NCBI GenBank assembly: GCA_036918135.1
Contig: JBALDB010000049.1
Coordinates: forward strand, 1-35,719
DNA from: Nostoc sp.
GTDB taxonomy: Bacteria; Cyanobacteriota; Cyanobacteriia; Cyanobacteriales; Nostocaceae
Reading direction: 5' to 3'
DNA length: 35,719 nucleotides
A program made the position numbers and the translations under genes. A model generated the notes under the pieces. It was not told the DNA's origin, searched no databases, and worked only from the letters and a program-made list of their open reading frames with translations. Of the stretch, positions 18,668 through 27,800 are shown piece by piece. Each line of letters opens with the position of its first letter. The first letter of the stretch is position 1.

Positions 18668-19423
18668 ATGAATCTCACTGACAATACCATCCTGATCGCT
18701 GGTGGCACAAGCGGCATCGGTCGTGCGCTTGCCGAGGCTTTCTATCAACGCGGTAATCAAGTCATTATCGCGGGTCGCCGTCAACATCTCCTCGACGAAA
18801 TCACCGCTGCTCACTCCGGTATGCAAGGGATTCAACTTGACGTTCAAGACCCAGGGGACATCGAAGCCTTTGCATCCCGCATTCGAGAGCAGTTCCCTAA
18901 ACTCAATGTTCTGATCAACAATGCCGGGATCTCTAAAACCGAAGACCTCACCTCAGATCCGATCGATTTCTCCGTGATGCAGTCTATGATTCAGACTAAT
19001 GTTGTCGGTGTACTTCACCTCACAGCGGCACTCCTCCCGACTCTCAAACAGCAACCGCATTCAACGATCGTTACCACCACCTCTGGTTTGGCTTTCGTTC
19101 CCCTCAGTCCATATCCGACTTATTGCGCGAGCAAGGCTTTTCTGCACTCTTGGTTGCAGTCGCTCCGCGTTCAGCTTCAAGAAACCTCCGTGGAGGTTCT
19201 TGAACTTGCCCCACCCTATGTACAGACTGAGCTTGGCGGGGCTAGTCAGGCAACCGATCCTGCCGCAATGCCACTCGCTGACTTTATTGCTGAAGTGATG
19301 CAGATTCTCAGCACTCCCAACCCACCCCACAGCGAAATCCTTGTTAATCGTTCCAAAGCATATCGATTTGCTGAAAGGAACGGTGACTATGAACAAATGT
19401 TCGCGAAGCTCAACGAACAATGA
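18668..19423 (+). CDS. Short-chain dehydrogenase/reductase (DltE-like)
   Basis: NTILIAGGTSGIG, NNAG, SGLAFVP, YCASK and ELAPPYVQT. Confidence 0.88.
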   Translation: MNLTDNTILIAGGTSGIGRALAEAFYQRGNQVIIAGRRQHLLDEITAAHSGMQGIQLDVQDPGDIEAFASRIREQFPKLNVLINNAGISKTEDLTSDPIDFSVMQSMIQTNVVGVLHLTAALLPTLKQQPHSTIVTTTSGLAFVPLSPYPTYCASKAFLHSWLQSLRVQLQETSVEVLELAPPYVQTELGGASQATDPAAMPLADFIAEVMQILSTPNPPHSEILVNRSKAYRFAERNGDYEQMFAKLNEQ

Positions 19424-19535
19424 CAAGCGATAGGAATCTATCGATCGGTACAAGAGCGCACCGACATCAATGAGAAATGGACTCTCAAAATTGCTTTCGT
19501 TAAATCACTAAAAAATTCTTGGAGAAACCAGCTAT

Positions 19536-20417
19536 ATGTCGAAGCAAACGAACCTTAGCGGCAATTTTACGCTGCCGAACACCTCAATCACAGTAAAGCG
19601 CATAGGTTATGGTGCCATGCAACTCGCGGGTCCGAATGTATGGGGTGCGCCGCGAGATGTAGATGCAGCCGTTACTGTTTTGCGCGAAGCGATCGCGCAA
19701 GGCATTAATCATATCGATACGAGCGACTTCTACGGACCTCACATCACAAATCAGATTATCCGACAAGCGCTGCATCCCTACCCAGAAAATTTGGCGATTG
19801 TGACCAAGGTTGGGGCGCGTCGTCCCACAGATGGGTCATGGTTGCCTGCGCTATCACAACAGGATCTGACTGAGGCGATTCACGACAACTTGCGTAACCT
19901 CGGACTCGATGCGATCGATGTTGTCAATCTCCGCTTAATGGGTGACGGTCACGGCCCATCGGAGGGTTCTGTTGCAGAGCCACTAACGACCTTAGCCGAA
20001 CTTAAGGAGCAGGGATTAATTCGTCACCTCGGTTTGAGCAATGTCACACCTACGCAGTTGGCAGAGGCGCAAACGATCGCGGAGATTGTCTGTGTGCAGA
20101 ACCAGTACAACGTGGCACACCGGGAAGATGACGCTTTCATTGACGACCTCGCTCAGCAGGGAATTGCTTATGTGCCTTTCTTCCCGCTGGGTGGGTTCAC
20201 GCCGCTACAATCTTCGGTACTTGAAAGCGCCGCCAAGTCTTTAGACGCAACACCAATGCAAGTAGCGCTGGCATGGTTGCTTCAGCGCTCCCCTAATATC
20301 TTGCTGATTCCTGGCACATCATCGGTTGAGCATCTGCGTGAGAATATCAAAGCTGCGTCACTGCAACTTCCGCAGCAGACGGTGGCTGATCTCAACGCGA
20401 TCGCGCCAAGACCGTAG
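19536..20417 (+). CDS. ydbC: Aldo/keto reductase, YdbC/PdxI-like
   Basis: GYGAMQLAGP, IDTSDFYGPH, HDNLRNLGLD, VPFFPLGGFTPLQS and LLIPGTSSV.HL.EN closely match recalled E. coli YdbC. Confidence 0.8.
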   Translation: MSKQTNLSGNFTLPNTSITVKRIGYGAMQLAGPNVWGAPRDVDAAVTVLREAIAQGINHIDTSDFYGPHITNQIIRQALHPYPENLAIVTKVGARRPTDGSWLPALSQQDLTEAIHDNLRNLGLDAIDVVNLRLMGDGHGPSEGSVAEPLTTLAELKEQGLIRHLGLSNVTPTQLAEAQTIAEIVCVQNQYNVAHREDDAFIDDLAQQGIAYVPFFPLGGFTPLQSSVLESAAKSLDATPMQVALAWLLQRSPNILLIPGTSSVEHLRENIKAASLQLPQQTVADLNAIAPRP

Positions 20418-20430
20418 GCAGATCGCTGTT

Positions 20431-20541
20431 AAATTTTAGTTGCTCCTTGAGGGATACATCTTCTTAATTTCCCAAACCTGCAACCCCACATCCCACAAGC
20501 CAGTTATCTCAAGGGTTTGCGCTTAACAAGCGTGCCATTCG
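20431..20541. repeat. MITE-like element, copy 3 (right half)
   Basis: aattttagttgc...acatcttcttaatt.ccca...cagttat.tcaa..gttt.cgcttaacaagcgtgccattcg aligns with 17460-17562. Confidence 0.75.
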
Positions 20542-20880
20542 GGTAGGATCTACTTAACACCATCAGCTTTCTGGCAATGCGTCAATCCTAGCTGTTAGCG
20601 AACACAACCGCATTAATTAGTTCACTGTGATAAACAGCTTCTAATCTGAGAGCGTCACCTGTTGCTGTGTCGCTAACCACAGAGCGCAACCCTTCTGGTA
20701 ATAGGCTGCTTCTTTGATAAAAACTGGAGCGATCGCAGATTCTCCTTGATAGACAATCTCCTCACCATCAAAACCGAGAAATAATGGCTTACTAAAATGT
20801 AATAAATTATACTAATCTTAAAAAAGAATGCGACAGATACATACAGACATACCTTTGTTATGTCTGGCTTTCTTAATGCA

Positions 20881-20900
20881 TGAATTTTGAATTTTGAATT
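20881..20900. repeat. Heptamer tandem repeat (TGAATTT)x~3, STRR-like
   Basis: tgaattttgaattttgaatt. Confidence 0.6.
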
Positions 20901-20919
20901 GGTATCATAGTCTCTACCC

Positions 20920-21160
20920 GGCATTGTTGGATGAATAGGGAAATGGTAAATTTTACCTTTCGCCTATATTCTCTCGCCACCTAGCTTAAAGATGAAGATG
21001 AAAGCCGAGTACAAAGTTCGGAATTGGAACGCTTATGATGCAGCACTAAAACAACGAGGTAGTATAAGTTTCTGGGTGAACAAAGAAGTAATCCAGCAGT
21101 GGCGTAACCAACAGAAAACAGGAAGAAAAGGAGCATCAAATTATTACTCTGACGTGGCGC
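20920..21160 (+). mobile_element. Left end and 5' fragment of an IS5-family (IS903 group) element
   Basis: End ggcattgttggatgaata resembles the IS903 IR GGCTTTGTTGAATAAA. ORF 20992 encodes YKVRNWNAYDAALKQRGSISFW...GRKGASNYYSDVA and is then truncated. Confidence 0.8.
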
Positions 21161-21286
21161 TCGCGCTCAGTTGTTCCGTCTAAATTAGATAGAGAGCGGA
21201 TGGAGCAGTATGAAGCAAGCAATTATCGCATTATCTTCCACTGTCAGCAACACGACTATGAGATAATGCTCTTTTACACAAAACTT

Positions 21287-21610
21287 ATGACTGCCGCTTA
21301 TATTCAAGACGAAACTGAGTTCGATACGCTGCTTGAAACCGAGCCGTTATTTGTAGTAGATTGCACGGCTACTTGGTGCGGCCCGTGCAAACTCATTGCC
21401 CCGTTGATAGATCAACTAGCTGCACAGTACAGCGCTCGTGTCAAGGTCTTTAAGCTAGACCTCGATGCCAACCAGCCTGTCGCTAAACGATTTGGTATTC
21501 GTAGTATTCCCGTTGTCATGCTCTTTAAGCAAGGCAAGTTGGTAGAAACAATGGTCGGTGTTAAACCCTACGAAGAATTTAGCAGTACCTTAGATAAATA
21601 TTTGACTTGA
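21287..21610 (+). CDS. trxA: Thioredoxin, 107 aa
   Basis: ATWCGPCK active site and FGIRSIP cis-Pro motif. ATG 21287 gives the canonical length. Confidence 0.9.
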   Translation: MTAAYIQDETEFDTLLETEPLFVVDCTATWCGPCKLIAPLIDQLAAQYSARVKVFKLDLDANQPVAKRFGIRSIPVVMLFKQGKLVETMVGVKPYEEFSSTLDKYLT

Positions 21611-21823
21611 TTATATTTGAGCCAGTTGAGTGTGGGCTTGTGAGTGACTCATCTATGATGACATTGGCATTGAGCCTATATGGCTGTAAATTCAGAAACT
21701 GAGGCTGATAACTCCCATTGTGTATAGCTTTGGGCTTATTTACTCCCTCCGGTTTTAAACAATTCAGTAAAGCTAACTTTTTTTGCAAGTTGAGAAAATA
21801 ATCAAGATTCCAGCATTGACCAC

Positions 21824-22060
21824 TTACCAGAGGTATAGAAACAACTTATATCTAAATCTTTGGGTGTGGGTTTCGTAGCCCTTGAGTTCTTGCCGCAAGA
21901 ATTGCTCCTCAAATTGAATCTGTACAACCAGGATTGTAATGGGAACGATCGCTAGTAGAGCCGCCGCGTAGGATTCTAACCACAGGGACATACCAACCAT
22001 CACCAGAACAGCATCTGGCATACATGGGATGCTGCATAATGCTGTAAACTCCCGTATCAT
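21824..22060 (-). pseudogene. Isoprenylcysteine carboxyl methyltransferase/PEMT-family C-terminal remnant
   Basis: DTGVYSIMQHPMYA in one frame continues after a frameshift (about 22018) as AVLVMVGMSLWLES...FEEQFLRQELKGYE..TQRFRYKL...LW. The 5' part is missing. Confidence 0.75.
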
Positions 22061-22097
22061 ATTATGTCCGGTTGAATACTTATGATATCTGTGAGGG

Positions 22098-22166
22098 TCG
22101 GTAATGCTTCGGCGAGGCTCAGCATGAATGGGTAATGGGTAATCGGTAATCGGGAATGGGGAATGG
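22098..22166. repeat. STRR-like heptamer array (GGTAATG/GGTAATC/GGGAATG) with an embedded 21-nt dispersed repeat
   Basis: tcggtaat[gcttcggcgaggctcagcatg]aatgggtaatgggtaatcggtaatcgggaatggggaatgg. Confidence 0.75.
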
Positions 22167-22281
22167 AGAAGAAAAATACAACTGTTCACCTCTTCTCAAA
22201 TCGAGCCACCCCAGACAATGCTTGCTACTGCTCCCATCAGCTGTTTGGAAACGTAATCGGTCTTTCAACAGGCCAATTTAC

Positions 22282-22760
22282 TTAATTGTCTGATTCTAAA
22301 AGCTTGCTGAGGGCTTCAATTGACTGTTGCCAGCCGCTTTCCATTCCACTTGCAACTATGCCGTCACGGTCTTGTTGGTTCATTGCAGTGCTGTGTGTAT
22401 GAATCTCAGTTGTATACTCGTCAACGGCTACAAACTCGATTTTTTCCAGCATGACGTGTCCACTTCCGGCATACCTAAGAATTCAAATGTCTGCACGATC
22501 CGTCTATCTTTAGCTACTTCATGAAAACAGCCAGTAAATTCATACTCATTACCGTCTTCTAATTGCTCGGCAATATGCCAACTGCCGCCGTCTTTACAAT
22601 CAAAGCGATATACTTTCATTGGATTACCGCGACACCACCATTTAGCGAAGAGTTCCTCTTTGATATACGCCTCGAATACCTTTTCAAGCGTTGCATTAAT
22701 TGTGACAGTACCCAAGATATTTTGTGAATTCTCTGGGACTGTTACTTTTAGATGTACCAT
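22282..22760 (-). pseudogene. SRPBCC/AHSA1 (CalC-like) protein with a single-base frameshift
   Basis: After FEFLGMPE (about 22463) the shifted frame gives GHVMLEKIEF...QDRDGIVASGMESGWQQSIEALSKLLESDN-stop (TAA 22282-22284), the typical family C-terminus. Confidence 0.85.
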
Positions 22761-22779
22761 ACAGTTATGCTCCTAGTTG

Positions 22780-23103
22780 TCAATTTTCTTCTAATAGTTT
22801 TTCCAAAGCGTCGAAGCGCCTACCCCATACTTTTTCATACTCACTCAGATGTGCTGCGGCTGCTTTGATGGTCTTTGGTGTAATATGAATAACTTTCTCC
22901 TTACCACTTCGACACTTGGTAACGAGTCCTGCTTTCTCAAGCACACTGACGTGCTTGGCAACCGCAGCCAAAGACATAGCATATGGTTTTGCTAATTCGC
23001 TGATAGTGTGTCCTCTTTTTGATACACGCTTGAGAATATCTCTGCGTGTTGCATCAGCGAGAGCGCCAAAAACCATGTCAAGAGCAACATTTGATTCAAC
23101 CAT
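22780..23103 (-). CDS. ArsR/SmtB-family repressor of the ArsR-SRPBCC pair type
   Basis: LDMVFGALADATRRDIL, MSLAAVAKHVSVLEKAGLV and W.RRFDALEKLL. Confidence 0.9.
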   Translation of the reverse strand: MVESNVALDMVFGALADATRRDILKRVSKRGHTISELAKPYAMSLAAVAKHVSVLEKAGLVTKCRSGKEKVIHITPKTIKAAAAHLSEYEKVWGRRFDALEKLLEEN

Positions 23104-23109
23104 ATGGTT
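23098..23109. promoter_or_regulatory. Palindromic operator overlapping the arsR start codon
   Basis: Perfect 12-bp palindrome AACCATATGGTT containing the ATG. Confidence 0.65.
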
Positions 23110-23393
23110 TAATGATAAGCCAACATATATATTGCGTCAAGTATCCCAATCATTCCATGCTACTTTGAAGCCATTTACTCAAGTTCTCTGGTTTATGTTT
23201 GCAGTGGGCAAAGGAGCAAGTTAATCCTTCTGCTGTTGGACAAGCAATATATAACTTTAGATTTCCAACTCACATTTGTTTTGCGATCGCAATTGTTGAC
23301 GAGAAAAATGGAGATGAAGTGCGAATAACCAATCCCTTCGGGGATAAAGTGAATTTGGCGTTGCTGAATCCAAGTATGAATCATGCGATCGCC

Positions 23394-24313
23394 TCAAGAA
23401 AAGCGAGCGCTACGCGCCTGCCGCGCCACGGAACCATACTTGAAATAATGTATTACCAATCGAATAGAGAGTTTAAGCATTTCCTTAGACTTAGAGTAAC
23501 AAAAAGTTTTACGATGTAGCCTAGCTAAATAATGTCTAAAACAACTATTTTCACATATCACAAGTGTCATATAAGTTTTACTAACCCTTTGGGTTCGATA
23601 GCTGCTTTCCGACGCAAGGTGACAGGAACGCACTATCTCACAATACGATCCTCATTGCTAATAAAACAAGGGTAAACTGGATAGCCCTTCGGGTTCGCAG
23701 TCCCCTACAGAAGGAAATTTTCTTGCAGGGCTGTCTCACCATCTGTGACGTAAAATAAGAATGCCAGCAGTTTATTATCTGCCACAAAAGCTTAAAAGTA
23801 TCTTTACTGCGGTCTTCTAAAAACCAGGCTATAACTCCCAGAATGTGCTTATTCACTGCTGTCCACAACCAAAGAGTATTTTTTTACCCACAAAAGTTTC
23901 ACTTTTCACAATTTGAGTAATTTCTGGTATCTCATTATATTCAGGTGAATTGGGTAGAGTATTTCCAAGCTCTCTAACCCAATTTATTACAGTTGTATGA
24001 TAGCGAAGCGTTAACGAGTCCGCGAGCGTCTGAACTTTCTTAACTCGCTCAATTGCACGAAATCCTAAACCATTCACATACATCTTTATACACTCTTTTT
24101 TATTTCTTCAGGGTAGCCCTGCTGTTCATAGGAATTTATAAACTGATGACCACAATAAACATATATATGATTTTGTTTACCATACTTTTTACCATTTTTG
24201 CAGATATGAGTGGACTTGGACATTTCATCGCGATCGCTCTTGGCTTGTAAATGCCTACAAGTCACTTTTAGCAAGCATTTAGAATTTTCGGATGAGTCTA
24301 ATTATGCAACGTC
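23394..24313 (-). mobile_element. Degraded IS1-family element (InsA/InsB in at least four pieces)
   Basis: KSTHICKNGKK.GKQNHI; MYVNGLGFRAIERV; ETFVGKK; WTAVN; VTDG|YPVY; SKTYMT...FRHYLARLHRKTFCYSKS.EMLK.SIRL. End motif aattatgcaacg at 24300-24311. Confidence 0.88.
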
Positions 24314-24685
24314 CTTTTTTGATTGTATCTTCTAAAAAAACTATGTCCTCTTGTTTCCACTTTGCTTTACCGCATGGAGCTGGTAGTTCCCATAGCCCCT
24401 CTAAACCTTGCTTTTCCCATCTGTGCAAAACCTCTGTTACTGTCTGCGAAGTCCAATTTATATGCGCCGCTATTTTTCCACGTACCAGCCATGTGCGTTT
24501 AACCTGATGACTTCTACTCTGTCTTTAACTTTCTGTGGTAGGTCTGCTGTTTTTAAGTTTAAAAGGGTTCGTCTTGCTCACAAGTTAAAATCTTCTTAAA
24601 CGCGCACCTATATTTTAGTTACGGTAGATACATTCTCTGTATTTACCTATCTTCACATGGTTGGGTTTTTCCCTGCCTACTTACT
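24314..24685 (-). pseudogene. IS630-family N-terminal HTH ORF remnant, cut by the IS1
   Basis: (ATA)GARLR..LT.EQ.RTLLNLKTADLPQKVKDRVEVIRLNAHGWYVEK / IAAHINWTSQTVTEVLHRWEKQGLEGLWELP. Start codon mutated; frameshifted. Confidence 0.7.
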
Positions 24686-24726
24686 TAACTAATCGCTTTC
24701 TAGCTTTAACTGAACCGTATTATCAC

Positions 24727-24751
24727 TCTCCGTAAATAGAAATTACGGAGA
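24727..24751 (-). terminator. Hairpin downstream of the NRPS
   Basis: tctccgtaa-atagaaa-ttacggaga, perfect 9-bp stem but no clear U-tract. Confidence 0.4.
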
Positions 24752-24840
24752 ATGACACAAAAGGGTTAATCTGACTAATATTTGTTCCTTTGAGTGAGTT
24801 AGATAAAAGAATGTTAAGCTGAAAATTATAGCGTGAACAT

Positions 24841-27800
24841 TTACTCCTGTCTTAAAGGTGGTGAATTTAAGAAACCACTACTAACGAAATATGAGATATA
24901 TTTATCTAGGAGTTTAACATCCATTGGTGGACAAACAATTGCAGAATCTGCTAATCCATTGAGAGTATTCTGATAGTCATAATCAACTGTATTTTGATAC
25001 AACTCCATGATTGTCAAAGAATTTTGATAGACTTTTTCAGACATCATTGGTAAAAGCGGATGTAAAACATTTTCCGAAGAGTGCCGGAAATTTGCAATTA
25101 GCTCATCTTTCCACTGAGTATATGGTAACTTCTTGAGTTGGTAACCATAAGAACAAATAAACTCAAAAAGCTCGATGAGTCCAATATTTTGGTCTGGTGG
25201 GGGTACTATATGGAAAGCTTTTCCTAGTGATTCTTGCTTTTTAGATAAATGGACAATTGCTCTGGTAGCGTAATCCACAGGAATCAATTCTTCTTTTTGA
25301 TCTATTAGTTCAGGATAACTACCAAGCTGTATGCACCCTTTAATAATTCTAGGCACATAAGCATCTTTTGTATGAGCAATACCTGTATCGCTATGTCCCA
25401 TGAGAAATCCTGTTCTGAAGATGCTAACAGGTATTCCCCTAGATTTGGCAACACATACAAGATTTTCGGCTACCCATTTGGTTTGAGCATAGCCAATATC
25501 CAGAGCAACATAGTCTTTACAAGGCTCGATATCGTCATCTTCATAAACTACTTTTTGTCCGGTAAAATGGCTGATTGCACCAAAAACAGCAATCGTAGAA
25601 ATGTAATGCATTGGTTTAATTTTGCCGAGACAAGCTAATCTGAGAACTTCTTGAGTTCCGAGAACATTGGATTCCTTGATTACAGAGTATGGTTTAGCAA
25701 AATTGACTTGGGCAGCACTATGATAAATAACATCAATTTGCAGAGCCAGTTTTTCAAACTGTTTGCTAGAAAGACCCAAATATGGCTGTTCTAAGTTTCC
25801 CGGAATCGCAATCACATGAGAGCTAAAATTTGGGTGATGAAGGGAATATTTTTCTAGGTTTTGTTGAATCTTTTTTAACCCTTCATGCTCGTTCGGGGAG
25901 CGCACCAAGCAGTATATTTTTGCTTGAGTTTGATGTAGCAGTTCATCAAGTAAAAAAGCACCCAAAAAGCCTGTAGCTCCTGTGAGAAAAATATGACGCA
26001 ATTCATTGACCTGAGCAATAGTCCTTCCTTGAGCATTGATGGCAGGATCGAGTATTACCTCAGATTTTAGATCGATGGCACTGGTTAAAGCAGAAACGCC
26101 ATCTCGACGCACTGTCTCTATTACCTGAGCCAGTGCTTCTATAGTGGATTTTTCAAACAAGCTTTTTAGAGGTAAATCTACTTGAAAGGTTTCTCTGACA
26201 AAAAAAATCAACTGAGATGCTAGTAGGGAATTACCGCCAAGCTCAAAGAAATTATCGTGAATCCCAACTTCTTCGATCGCCAGAACTCGGCTCCAAATTT
26301 CAGCCATTTGTTCCTCAATTGGAGTACGAGGTGCGACAAATGCTGCTTTCAAATCGCTTCTATCCATTTCCGGCTCTGGTAGACTGCGAATATCTATATT
26401 GCCTATATTGCCGTTGTATATCCGCTTAGTTTGTCGCTCGCCTGGGTGAGTTTGACGATTGCCCAAGATCTGCCGATCGCCAGGGTATGTTAACAGGGGT
26501 AAGTCGGAAATTGTCTGGTCTGGGTTAGAGACAATACTCTGTAACAGAGTAGAAAAATTTTCCACTATCAGAGCGATCGTCTCAGCTTTAAATAAGTCAG
26601 TACTATATTCCAAGTTGCCCGATATCCCTGCTGATGTCTCGCGTAGTTCCAGGTAGAGATCGAACTTGGATGTCCCATTATCAATTTCCAAACGGTTCAT
26701 TGTCAATCCAGGAACAGTCAGTTTAGGCATTGGGGTATTCTGAAGATGAAACATCACTGAAATCAGTGGATTCTGGCTCAAGTCCCGCTCGATCTGTAGG
26801 GCATCAACTAGCTTCTCGAACGGTAAGTCTTGGTAGGTATAACCCCATAAAGCTACTTCCCGAACTCGGCCTAACAACTGCCGGAAACTTGGGGAGCCAG
26901 ACAAGTTGGTTCGCAATACCAAAGTATTGAGCAAAAACCCAATTAGTCCTTCTAATTCAGAACGGTGGCGGTTGCTAATTGGAGCACCTACTAAAATGTC
27001 TTCTTGCCCTGTGTAGCGAAATAGGAGTGTCTGGAATGCTGCCAACAAGGTCATAAACAAGGTAGTACCCTCTTGGCGCGAGAGAACATTAAGGGCATCT
27101 GTTAAGGATTTGGGGATAACGACCGATTGGCGGGTTCCTTGATATGTTGGCTCCAATGGTCGTGGATAATCGGTGGGCAATTCTAATATGGGTAGATTGT
27201 CACTCAAATGTTGCTGCCAATAAGCAAGCTTATTATCTAAAATTTCACTTTGCAGCCACTGCCGTTCCCAAGCTGCAAAGTCTCCATACTGAATAACTAA
27301 GTCAGGCAGAGGAGAGGGGTTTCCAGTAGAAAAAGCTTGATAGAGAGCTGACAGTTCCTCGAACAAAACACTTAAAGACCAATCATCACAAAGAATGTGG
27401 TGCAGGTTGAGGAGGAATATATGTTCCTCTGAACTCAATTGCAGCAATGTTGTTCGCAGCAATGGCCCTTGAACTAAATCGAAAGGACGTTGGGCTTCTT
27501 CAAGGATGAGCTGGCGAACTTGAGGCTCCCGCTCGTCTGGAGACAGCCCTTGGAGATTTACTACTAAGAGTTTGATGGGAAAAGTTGAGTGGATGACCTG
27601 TATGGGTTGTCCGTTCAAACTGGAATAGGTAGTTCGTAGGATTTCATGGCGGTTGATAATTTCATTCAAACTCTGTTCTAATATTGTGGAGTTGAGTACA
27701 CCTCTGAGGCGAAAGGCTTCGCAAACATTGTAAAAAGCATGGTTGGGTACTAACTGATTAAGAAACCACAACCGTTCTTGCCCAAAGGAAAGCGGTAAAT

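Noticed and set aside
22098..22166. CRISPR array
   Set aside because: Heptamer tandem repeats without unique spacers; no cas genes or regularly spaced 25-40 bp repeats anywhere in the window.
23140..23519. 106-aa plus-strand ORF 23199..23519
   Set aside because: No recognisable family; its 3' half is antisense IS1 and an upstream in-frame stop suggests at most an unidentifiable gene fragment.
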